From the NCBI RefSeq assembly GCF_001194135.2, contig NC_068984.1:98612195-98676194 (forward strand): a DNA stretch of 64,000 nucleotides, in the 5' to 3' direction. Positions 26,324 through 37,737 of this stretch are shown here, piece after piece; the stretch's first letter is position 1, and the number at the start of each line of letters is the position of its first letter. Below the pieces are notes generated by a model, which was not told the origin of the DNA, did not search any database, and worked only from the letters and a program-made list of their open reading frames with translations. The DNA is from Octopus bimaculoides. Lineage: Eukaryota. The translations under genes were made by a program, and so were the position numbers.

Positions 26324-27029
26324 CCGTCGATTCGCAATGCAATTTCCAGAACTAGACACAAGACGTCCACCCGAAAGGGAGCATGTGTAGAGTTCTACAA
26401 ATTACATTCAGTGTATCATTTCAAATGTCTTCAATCTGGTGCGGAAATAATTCTGCAGTTAATAAATTTTTACAGCTAATCTACACGTGCTCCATTTTTT
26501 TTCGTGGTTAGATGATTAGGCATCTATTTCTAGCATATAGGAGTCCACTTTTGCTGGTCATTCCTCTTATCTTTGTATGTAATATAATTTTAATCTTCGG
26601 ATTTTTTTTAATATGCTAGACCACTGGTTTTAATTGATTAATATCAATTTCTACCCTCATTAATAAATTTTATTGATATATATATACATATATGTATTGA
26701 TATATATACCTATATATATAGGTATTGATATATATACATATATATATATGTATTGATATATATACATATATATCATCATCATCATATCAATACATATATA
26801 TGGGATGTGGGTGGGATGGAGGTGGGATGGCGGTGAGATGGGCTTATGAGGGTTGAAAATAAAGGGGAAGGAGGAAGTGGGTATGAGAGAAGGGGAAGGT
26901 GGGCATGGGAGGAGGGAGAAAAAGAAGAGAGAGAAAGAGAGTAAGAGAGAGAGTGAGAGAGAGAATAAGAAAGAAGAGAGAAAGAGTAGGGGTACACACA
27001 CACATGTATAAATATTGATATATATATGC

Positions 27030-27260
27030 TTTCGGCGTGAATGGTTTTCAATATGGTGCTGGTTTACAATCCTGTAAATAATAATAATGGTATTTTTATA
27101 TAAGCTTAAAGCTTATGGCAATCACCATGCAATGACTAAGGAAAATAATGTAATAAAGGAGCATATAAGCCCTTGACAGAATAAAGAAGGCTTTCCTATC
27201 TGCATAGGAGTCGAACCCACATCCCTTTGTTAAAGCAACTAAGTGTGTTACCATATATAT
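27030..27260 (-). mobile_element. tRNA-like Pol III head (second SINE-like family)
   Basis: Perfect B box GTTCGACTCC (27207-16, minus strand) downstream of tggtaacacacttagttgctttaacaaagggatgtgg; no complete cloverleaf. Confidence 0.45.
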
Positions 27261-27796
27261 ATATATATATATATTGATATATATATATATGTGTATATAT
27301 ANNNNNNNNNNTATATGTATATATATATATACATGTAGATGTAGGTATGTACATATATGTACGTATATATGCATACACTCATATATTATATGTATATATA
27401 TATATCTATATTGACATATATATTAATATATATAAACACATACACACATGCACAGACACACATTCATATACATATACATACACACACCTACATACTTGCA
27501 TGTATCCACATAGAGACACCCCCCCCACACACACACAGAAACACCCCTCACCCACACACAACCATATATATCCATTATCGTTATCAAAAGTAAATGACTT
27601 AACTACACTTTCATAATGACATTTTGTCTTCTGGGAAATTATTTTCTGCTTGTTTACTATTACTTTGGTTATTATATTAGGAGGCCTACAATATACTAGC
27701 ACAGTATCTGCCCAATCTGATGGGATTTATTTTTGTCTCCTTTCAGTAATTCTTTATTTTTCTGCTTCCAGCTATGTACATAAAATTGTAAGTATA

Positions 27797-28360
27797 CAGG
27801 AATGCCTCAATATACAAGCAAATTTGTTCTCAGAGACTGCTCGTAAAGCAAAAACTCATAAAGCAGAGCAATAATTTCCTGTAGTAGCAATGCTGTAAAT
27901 CATAATTCGTTCCTAGAAAAGTATTTTACCTATAAAATTTTTAATACTTCTAAATAAACACCAATAAAACAACAGTAGAAAGTAATGAATTTTTTACGTA
28001 ATGTAAAAAGAATATCAAGATCTTTTATTATAAAAAATATTATAATAATCGTTTTCTGAATCACTTTAACTCGCACTAGACTCACACACACCATCACTTA
28101 CAGATGTGATCGCTGATTCACAAACATTTGTAGATGAACTTGTAGATTTCGTTTTTGAAAACAAGTCTAGAGTTGTTTGCTTAAAAAGAAGCTTTTTTTT
28201 TTTTAACTCTATAAATTTTGTCGGCAACATGCAGAAGCATTTTATATGAAAGTAGAAACTGTTGCACTTCATTCAAAATTTGGATCTTGCACTTGAAAAA
28301 TAAAACTCGTAAGTCTGGTGTTTTGTAAAGCAGGTCCTTGTAAAGTGAGGTATTAATCTG
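27797..28360 (-). mobile_element. Internally deleted pogo/Tigger-like DNA transposon
   Basis: TA+CAGGAATGCCTCAATATACAAG left end and a similar inverted right end; a minus frame reads QDPNFE*SATVS..NASACCRQ..KKKK..KQTTLDLF, like the Tigger C-terminus. Confidence 0.7.
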
Positions 28361-28529
28361 TGTGCATGTGTGTGTGTGTATGTCCATGTATGGTATGACC
28401 TTCTGGCTCCACTTTCTGTTGTGAACTACACCAACTGCCAGCTGCTTTCTCTCTCTTCCACTTCTCTCAGCACTTTTATGTTTCAGTCATTAGACTTGAA
28501 GAGCTTTTAGTCAAATGAATCGGACCCCT

Positions 28530-28683
28530 CCACCCACCGCAACAGTACTTATTCTTTTCTTCTTTTAAGCCTGGTACTTATTCTATCAGAGTTATTTTGC
28601 TGAACCGCTAAGTTATGGGGACATAAACAAACCAACACTAGTTCTAAAGTTGTGTTGGGGGGCAAACACAGACATAAAGATAA

Positions 28684-28714
<31 letters not shown>

Positions 28715-28915
28715 CACACACACACACGCACACACACACACACACACGCACACACACACACGCACACACAATGGGCTTCTTTCAGTTTTTTATCTACCAA
28801 ATCTACATACAAGGCTTTGATTGGCCTGAAGCTATATAGTTGAGGAGACTTGCCCAAAGTGCAATGGAACTGAACCCAGAACAATGTGGTTGGGAAGCAA
28901 GCTTCTTACCACACA
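28530..28915 (-). mobile_element. Full-length tRNA-derived SINE
   Basis: Reverse complement of the 46082-46475 family with internal (CA)n. Confidence 0.85.
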
Positions 28916-29271
28916 ACAAGAATTTCTTTCACTTATGAAACAACAAATGATATCAGTCACTCCCAGAAACATGCATAGACAACATCCATTTCAGTAATAT
29001 AGGTACATGCATGGCTGTGGGTTTATAAGTTTGCTTCCCAGTCAGTGGTTCCAGGTTCAAGCTGTGTGACACCTGGGGCAAGAGCCTTCTACTATAGCTT
29101 CACCACTGTGCTTGATAAGCTGTGTTGGTTTGTTTATGTCTCCGTTGATTAACAGTTCATTAAAAGAAATCAGGCTTATAAATAAGTACTGATGGTTGAT
29201 CTGTTCAACTAAATCCTACAAGGTAGTGCTGCAGCATGGCTACAACCCAATGCCTGAAGCAAGTAAAAAGC

Positions 29272-29519
29272 AGTCTTCAAAATCATTTGAATGGAAAAAA
29301 TATGAATTCTGAAGATGAGGTCAGAACAATACTAGAGGAGTTTTTTTCATCACTGACAAGTGAGTTTTGGAAGAGAGGCCTTCCAAGTCAACCAGATTGA
29401 GGGAAGAACATTGTAGAAAATGAAGGAAATTATATTTTAGATTAAAAAATAACTTTGTTTATCTCAATTTTGAAAAATAAAAGAAGTATTAAAAAAAATT
29501 GCATTATTTATGGGATGAC

Positions 29520-29524
<5 letters not shown>
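29272..29524 (+). mobile_element. Mariner 3' fragment with right TIR
   Basis: SLQNHLNGK..SEDEVR..EEFF..FWKRG and terminal ttatgggatgacccaata, resembling the TIR at 63422-48. Confidence 0.75.
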
Positions 29525-29562
<38 letters not shown>

Positions 29563-29590
29563 AAGATAAGCAACAGGATATCAAGAGGTG

Positions 29591-29678
29591 ATGCAGTACG
29601 ACTGTTTCAAGTGGCTCTATTTAATTGAATAATACAATCATTACATCAATTTACATGTAGGGCTATCCTCAGCTGCAT
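29591..29678 (-). ncRNA. Type I hammerhead motif, stems II and III partly decayed
   Basis: Minus strand: ATGCAG-CTGAGGA-T-agccc..gccac t-T-GAA-ACAGTCGT-A-CTGCAT; perfect 6-bp stem I and intact core; stem III is two transitions from the palindrome ACGGCCGT. Confidence 0.7.
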
Positions 29679-30797
29679 AAATAAATAGTATTTTTAATCA
29701 GCTGGACACATATAATTTTACTCAAATTCTGTAATAGAGCAAGAAGAGGAAAAGAGACCATGTTGCTACTAATGTAGCTAAGAATATACTACACTTCTAA
29801 GAACTGTATAAAGTTTGTTAGGGTTAAACCTTGTAAAGGATTGTGGTTCATTTTTGATTTATTAGTTTTTTTCTATCAACTACCAAATCTAAGGCTAGAG
29901 GACAGTGACTGTTTAGAAAGTATGGCAGGAGTGAGTTGACAGTTTATAGTTGGGTATGGTCATAAATATTGTCAGGATTTTAGGATTTGTTTATGTAACT
30001 GTCTATAAAGGAGGCTGGGTAGGGGAAGACCCCAAATCAAGATGTTAATTACAAGTTAAAAGGGCAAGACGCAAATAAAATATATGATGTTAATACAGAG
30101 GAAATTATCATGGGGTACTATGGATGATTGTATATAAACAATTTTGTTATGTTGTATGAAGATAAAATTTAAGATTACTAAAAAGGATATTATAACCAGA
30201 ATAGATAAAATGTGTATATATACCAATTTTCAACATTAGAAAGGGAATATTACATAGAATTAGTTTAATATTAATTCCTGTACTTAATTATTTACTTATT
30301 GGGTGGTTTCTATAAAGATTGCTCTGGGTATTTACTTATGGAATACTGGGGCGATAAATCATGTTATCTTTATATTAATTATAAGCTAAGAATCAGAAGA
30401 AAATCAGAAAAAATAAGTTGTGCACAGATACATATGCATATTTAACTATTTGCATGCATGCAAATATACACAAATATTTGTACTTTATTTCGGGTATGTT
30501 GTAATCACCTCTCATAGACTAGAAAGTTTACATCTCTCTTTAAGAATATTGATAACTTATAAGAGATAAGAAGTTAATAGGTAAAGGTATCAAAATTTCC
30601 TGTTGTTGCTTATTTTTTTAAATTTAAATTGATGGGTTTGCTGGATGCTTTTCTAGTTGGTATGTTTTCCTGACCAAGTAAGTTTGTAATCCCTCTACTA
30701 TTTTGATTTTATTCACCTTACTTTGAGTTGTACAGATAATACCACACTGACTTGGTGCTTCAACTTAAATACCTAATTCAAATGAATCTCAATTATT

Positions 30798-30834
<37 letters not shown>

Positions 30835-31424
30835 TAGATAGATAAAAGGGGGTCTATTTAATAGATCAAGTCATATCAAAGTGAAACACATCATCGTTTG
30901 ATGGTCAGACAGAATGGCACAGATCAGCAGATAATCCATTGAGTTATTGAAGAGGATTCATCAATGGAGGGAAATTCACTGGTGTTTAGTAATCTGCAAA
31001 TGCAAGAGTATTCAAAACAGAGTGGAGCTTCAGTGTGGTGTAATATCATAATAAAAACAGATGAATGGATAATATAATATTGCTACAATGTTCCATTAAA
31101 GGCTTTTATTATGACATAACATCATAAATGCAGGTATAAGATTATGCAATACATTACAATTAATCTCCCATCATTTCAGTGTTTACCATAATGCAAGTAG
31201 ATGAGTAAATTTATATGCTATCAGACAACAAGTCCAACAACATATGATGATCCATTTGTCTGTTTTTATTTTATATATATATATATATGATCAAAGAATG
31301 AGGTACCTTTTCATAAATCATCTGATGACACACATTTGCACAACTATTTGCATAGCATCTCACCCATAAGGGTCCCATGCACAATAGGTCAAAATGATCA
31401 TAGTGATTATTCTCTTATCCTTTC

Positions 31425-31665
31425 CTTCTTTTACTTGTTTCAGTTATTTTGACTGTGGCCATGCTGGAGCACTGCTTTGAAGGGTTTTAGTCAAACAAAT
31501 GAACCCAAGACTTCTTTTGTTTTTTTTTGAAAGCTTAATACTTATTCTATCTGCCTGTTTTGCCAAACCAGTAAGTCATGGGAATGTAAGTACACCAACA
31601 CCAATTGTCAAGCAGTGATGGGGACAAACATAGACAGAAAAACACATAGATATATACATCTACAC

Positions 31666-31696
<31 letters not shown>

Positions 31697-31860
31697 TGTA
31701 TGTATACTGTGGTCTTCTTTCAGTTTCCATCCACAAAATCCACTCACAAGGCTTTGGTCAGCCTGAAGCTCTAGTGGAAGACACTTGCCCAAGGTGCCAT
31801 GCAGTAAGACTGAAACCGGAACCATCTGGTTGGGAAGCAAACTTCTTACTGCACAGCCAC
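31425..31860 (-). mobile_element. Full-length tRNA-derived SINE
   Basis: Collinear reverse complement of the SINE family. Confidence 0.85.
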
Positions 31861-32576
31861 GTTTGCACCTGAGAATTAAAGATTCTTGTGAATTTTCTTT
31901 TCTTTCTTTTTCTCATATGTTACACACACACACAAACACACACTCATAGATATCTATATATGTGTGTGTGTATGTGTCTGAGCTTGTGCCTTCTTGTTTT
32001 GACGTTGTATAATTGTTGAAATCAAATATAACTGTCATAGAAACAATATCCTTCATTTCAAAACATCCGTGAAAAGAAGTTCTGCCATGGGGAATATGTT
32101 ACCTTACCAGGAAACAGGTGAGGGTTCAACTGTAGAAAATCTGTGTCAACCCATGGAGACATAGGGATTAAACTGATGAAGACGATGATGATAATATAGA
32201 GACATACATTCATATATACATACATACATTTTTTATTAACAATCAAAGTTTGCCAAGTGTAAGCATACAAAATTCTTGGTCCTCAAGTGACTCTGTAACT
32301 TCTGCCAATTATTAGTAGAAAAATGTATTTATACAAAATGTGTGTGTGTGTGTGTGTGTATATACATACATATACAGGTGCAGGCGTGGCCATGTGGTAA
32401 GAAATTTGCTTCTCAACTACATACTTCGGATTTCAGTCCCACTGTATATCTTGGGCAAGTGTCATCTACTATAGCCTCAGCCTCACCAAAGCCTTGTGAG
32501 TGGATTTAGTAGGCGGAAACTCAAAGATGCCTATTGTGTATATAAACACACACACGCATGCACACACACACGCGCG

Positions 32577-32614
<38 letters not shown>

Positions 32615-33369
32615 TTATTTGGTTTTAAATCTCTGAAAGAGATTCACATAGTAACAGTACTAAACACTAAAGGTTGTTATCACTTTAAGTGGCTGTTCTA
32701 TGCAGAACAAATGTTACTACATTTTAACCCTGGGAAAACATCTTTTCCTGTTGGCTATTGACACATAAAACCTGTGTCTGTTTTATTGTGAGCAAGGGAG
32801 AAAACCATTCCCTCTCCAGCAAAGCAGAACCAGTAGACTGATTCTAGGGTTCCTTCTCATCCTCAATACTGGACATTTACCTGCTAGAGATGGCAGCTAT
32901 TCGTCCTTGCTCACAATATATAAACAAAGATCTTGCAACAAGCTAAAGTAGCTGGTTTTAAATTCCTGAAAGAAATTCACATAGCAACCATAGTAAACAG
33001 TTTTGTGAAAGTGATGCACGGAACAGTCAAGTAAAAGTGATAACAGCCTTTACTGTTTAGTACTGTTACTATATGAATCTCTTTGTAATGAACAGATAAT
33101 ATCCTAAATGTTAGGGATGAAACCTTCTTTCACTGCATACATAAGCAATATTTCACACTTAGACACTTCAAAGAGGAACCACCACCTACACTGTTCACCT
33201 CATCAGGATAGTTTCCTTCCCTGAACGTGAAAATTGAATATATACAACACATGAACTCTACACATAGAAGAAACATGCCTTCCTGACGTAGTACATCAGC
33301 ACACAAGCACTTGAACATCTCATATACCCAGAATATAATGTAATATGTTTAAAAAAGCATATTACTCCA

Positions 33370-33415
33370 CTACGTGGTTGGGAAGCAAGCTTCTTACCAC
33401 ACAGCAATGCCTGCA

Positions 33416-33451
<36 letters not shown>

Positions 33452-33770
33452 TATGTATATTTACACGCACACAAACACACATATCTACATACATACATAT
33501 ATATGTGTGTGTGTGTGTGTTTATGTATATTTATATATATATATATCTATGTGTGTTTGTCTTTGCATCTGTGTTTGATCCCCACCATTGCTCGACAGTC
33601 GATGTCAGTTTGTTTATGTCGCTGTAACCTAGTGGTTCAGTAAAGTGACCTGTAGAATAAGTACCAAGCTGAAAAAAATGTCCTGGGGTTGATTTTTTCC
33701 ACTAAAACCCTTCAAGGTGGTACTTCATCATGGCCACAGTCAAATGACTAAAACAAGTAGAAGATAAAAG
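33370..33770 (+). mobile_element. tRNA-derived SINE (rearranged or partial head plus tail)
   Basis: Tail motifs gaataagtaccaagc..tcctggggttgattt..ggccacagtcaaatgactaaaacaag. Confidence 0.7.
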
Positions 33771-34851
33771 ATGTATGTATCTACATACATATATTTATAT
33801 ATANNNNNNNNNNNNNNNNNNNNNNNNNNNNNNNNNNNNNNNNNNNNNNNNNNNNNNNNNNNNNNNNNNNNNNNNNNNNNNNNNNNNNNNNNNNNNNNNN
33901 NNNNNNNNNNNNNNNNNNNNNNNNNNNNNNNNNNNNNNNNNNNNNNNNNNNNNNNNNNNNNNNNNNNNNNNNNNNNNNNNNNNNNNNNNNNNNNNNNNNN
34001 NNNNNNNNNNNNNNNNNNNNNNNNNNNNNNNNNNNNNNNNNNNNNNNNNNNNNNNNNNNNNNNNNNNNNNNNNNNNNNNNNNNNNNNNNNNNNNNNNNNN
34101 NNNNNNNNNNNNNNNNNNNNNNNNNNNNNNNNNNNNNNNNNNNNNNNNNNNNNNNNNNNNNNNNNNNNNNNNNNNNNNNNNNNNNNNNNNNNNNNNNNNN
34201 NNNNNNNNNNNNNNNNNNNNNNNNNNNNNNNNNNNNNNNNNNNNNNNNNNNNNNNNNNNNNNNNNNNNNNNNNNNNNNNNNNNNNNNNNNNNNNNNNNNN
34301 NNNNNNNNNNNNNNNNNNNNNNNNNNNNNNNNNNNNNNNNNNNNNNNNNNNNNNNNNNNNNNNNNNNNNNNNNNNNNNNNNNNNNNNNNNNNNNNNNNNN
34401 NNNNNNNNNNNNNNNNNNNNNNNNNNNNNNNNNNNNNNNNNNNNNNNNNNNNNNNNNNNNNNNNNNNNNNNNNNNNNNNNNNNNNNNNNNNNNNNNNNNN
34501 NNNNNNNNNNNNNNNNNNNNNNNNNNNNNNNNNNNNNNNNNNNNNNNNNNNNNNNNNNNNNNNNNNNNNNNNNNNNNNNNNNNNNNNNNNNNNNNNNNNN
34601 NNNNNNNNNNNNNNNNNNNNNNNNNNNNNNNNNNNNNNNNNNNNNNNNNNNNNNNNNNNNNNNNNNNNNNNNNNNNNNNNNNNNNNNNNNNNNNNNNNNN
34701 NNNNNNNNNNNNNTGTGAAAGAAATGATATTTTCATGGAATCATTTGGCCATATTTTTGAAATATATATAAATAAAAAATTTGAATCTCTGAGTTGATTT
34801 AAAGTTTATTTACATATGAGACTTTAAGCAAAATGTGTATATATATGTATG

Positions 34852-34896
<45 letters not shown>

Positions 34897-34997
34897 TCAA
34901 TTAAAAAAACTGAGAGAAAAGGAAAAGAATAAACAGACAAATGTGAGAATGTAGCACAAGCAATGTATTACTATGACGCTTGGTGAAAGAAGAGTTA

Positions 34998-35036
34998 TTG
35001 CTTTACATTTTGAGCATCGCTCTTCATCAGAAACAA
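34998..35036 (-). ncRNA. Minimal hammerhead motif, inactivated by two CpG-type changes, within a PLE-terminus-like repeat
   Basis: Minus strand: ttgttt-CTGATGA-a-GAGC-gat-GCTC-AAAATGT-A-aagcaa; restoring two CG dinucleotides gives GAAACGT. Confidence 0.6.
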
Positions 35037-35875
35037 ACAAACAAAGATAAATTAGGAATGTCCAAAGGTAAAGAAGGAAGGAGAGGGAAAAATTGCCAAC
35101 AGTCCACATGTGTTTATATACACATAAATGTGTGTGTTCATGTTATATATATACATATACACACACATATTTATATGTATATATATGTATATGTGTATAT
35201 GTTTGTATATATGTATGTGCATGTGTGTGTGTGTATACGTGTGTGTGTGTGTATAGAGAGAGATGGAGTGGTAGATAGATAAGTACATATATATGGAGAG
35301 GGATGGAGCATACTGATTAACCTATATGCCAAAATATTTTTGAAAAACAGTTTTTTGTAGCAAGTAACTAGTGACTTTTGTGAAAAAGAACAAATTATTG
35401 TGGATAGACCTACAGGTTTTTAAAACATAAAGCAGAAAATTAAATCATGTAGCAAACATTGAAAGTATACTTACATATAGAAGTATATAGAAAAACAGGG
35501 AAAGAACTCATGTTCATCATGAGACACATAGAAGCACACACACACACACACACACACATGCGTGTGCACACACACACACATACACAGATAATGGGTGCAG
35601 GCATGGCTGTGGGGTAAGAAAGTTGCTTCCTAACCACATGGTTCTGGGTTCAGTCCCATTGAATAGTGTCTTCTACTATTGCATTGGATTGACAAAAGCC
35701 TTGTGAGTGGTAGACAAAATCTGAAAGAAGTCTGTATACCATTTGAATGTATTTACACACACACACAAACACACACACACTCTCTCTCTCTCTTACACAA
35801 ACACTCACACTCTCACACACACACTCTCATACTCACTCACAGAGACTCACACACACAGTCACACACACACACTCT

Positions 35876-35914
<39 letters not shown>

Positions 35915-36221
35915 GGCACAGTTTGCCAATCAAAGGGTAAGAAAGCACTCAGTTTATGGTGGAGAGTATATTACTTCAAATCAATTCTGAAATCCACAGT
36001 GGCATAAAACTCAAGTTGCCTGCAAGGAAAAGAATTCAATTTATAAATAAAATGCCTCATCAAATAAAATAGCCTTAATAAATGGTGCAAGGGAATCTAA
36101 ATGATAGTAAGTATCAACTCAGAAAACCTGTTGTAATGTATAAATCCACTCTCATGTGGTACCTTCTGTTGTTGCACTAACATTCCTATCAGAATCTTTC
36201 TCATTCCACTATCACTATCAC

Positions 36222-36222
<1 letters not shown>

Positions 36223-36317
<95 letters not shown>
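36223..36317. repeat. (CT)n microsatellite
   Basis: Direct reading. Confidence 0.95.
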
Positions 36318-36319
<2 letters not shown>

Positions 36320-36447
36320 GTTATATATATATTGTGTCACTGTCTCCCACACTTGCTGCAGTCTACTTTAGTCTCTGTCTCTTTTTCTCCCCCCCCCCTT
36401 ATCATCAGTTACTTCTTAAAACACCATATCAAATATTTCTATTGCAG

Positions 36448-36493
36448 AACATCTCCAGAGCAACCAGAAGTGGCTCTATATTTCTTAGATGAT
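36448..36493 (+). CDS. Candidate next exon of the kinesin-14 gene
   Basis: ttctattgcag|A ACA TCT...GAT GAT|gtaagt; 46 nt, phase 2 in, phase 0 out; joins the 12979-13064 exon in frame to give ..VTSV-R-TSPEQPEVALYFLDD, a plausible motor-domain beta-strand ending in DD. Confidence 0.55.
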
Positions 36494-36695
36494 GTAAGTG
36501 GAACTTTTATTTTTTGACACTTAAATTTCTTTCCAACATAGCCCACACTTCATCAGCCATTCTCCTTCTTGGGTGTTCTACCTACCTACCTACCCACCCA
36601 CATATATACATACATACATGCATACTCTCTGTCTTATTGTCTGTCTGTCCCTCTCTGTCTGTCTGTCTGTCTGTCTGTCTGTCCCTCTCTCTCTC

Positions 36696-36727
<32 letters not shown>

Positions 36728-36794
36728 CTTACCATCTATCTGCTTATAAATGAAGTGATCTGCCTATATATATATGTATATATGTATACATATA

Positions 36795-37165
36795 TTCTTT
36801 TACTTGTTTCAGTCATTTTGATTCTGGACCATGCTAGTGCACCACCTTTAGTCAAACAAATCGACCCAGAACTTATTCTTTTTAAGACTAGTACTTATTT
36901 TATTGGTATCTTTTGCCAAACCACTAAGTTATGGGGATGTAAACATACTGACATCAGTTGTCAAGTGATGGTGGAAAGACAAACACAGATACATAAATAC
37001 ATATGTATATGTACATATGATGGACTTCTTTCAGTTTCTGTCAGCCAAATCCACTCACAAGGCTTTGGTCGGCCAGAGGCTACAGTAGAAGACACTTGCC
37101 CAAGGTGGCATGCAGTGAGGCCGAACCCAGAACCATGTGGTTGGGAAGCAAGCTTGTTACCCCAC
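36795..37165 (-). mobile_element. Full-length tRNA-derived SINE
   Basis: Collinear reverse complement of the SINE family. Confidence 0.85.
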
Positions 37166-37696
37166 AGTCACTCCTAAAAATATATGTGTGTTTGTGTGTG
37201 TGTATTTGTGTGTGTGTATTTGTGTGTGTACATGTGTGTGTGTGTGTGTGTGCATGTGTGAGTGTTTATGTTTCTTTGTTTTAACATCATTTGTTAGTTG
37301 TAACTGAAAATTTCCATTGTTTAAGCATCATTATTTGTTTGCAATTTTGTGTGAAAATACGTCTAACCATTGTGTTTTTCAAGACAGATAGGAAGAGCAT
37401 CCTGTTGTAGAAAATTTGCCATAATGAATTTTGTCTGACACATGTAAGCAAGCAAAAGTGACTTTCAAAGTATTGATGATAATATATATATTTAATTATT
37501 GTACAGTTTTTTCAAAGACAGCATCTTTCTATTATATATTCTTATCAAATGTTTGACAAGTTCATAAGATCAAAATATACTGCAGTTTGTCATGAAACTA
37601 AATGTATATATGTATATCGTGTGTGTGTGTATATTTATATATATATATATATATATAAATTCTCAGCACTTAAATAATAGTAGCTACTAGAGGTTT

Positions 37697-37737
<41 letters not shown>

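Larger units (their letters stand above)
25526..26671 (-). mobile_element. Non-autonomous PLE/retrozyme-like element: about 537-bp tandem unit with one HHR each, plus inverted partial copy
   Basis: 25526-26061 repeats at 26062-26480 (offset 536-538); 26494-26671 is an inverted copy of about 25977-26156. Confidence 0.85.

Noticed and set aside
25526-26480. CRISPR-like or bacterial array; duplicated 70-aa ORFs MVSPVKIY..
   Set aside because: Eukaryotic context with two long units and no spacers; the ORFs are antisense to the HHR and have no recognisable motif.
33150-33215. Minus-strand CTGATGA..GAAATGTC
   Set aside because: No stem I pairing.
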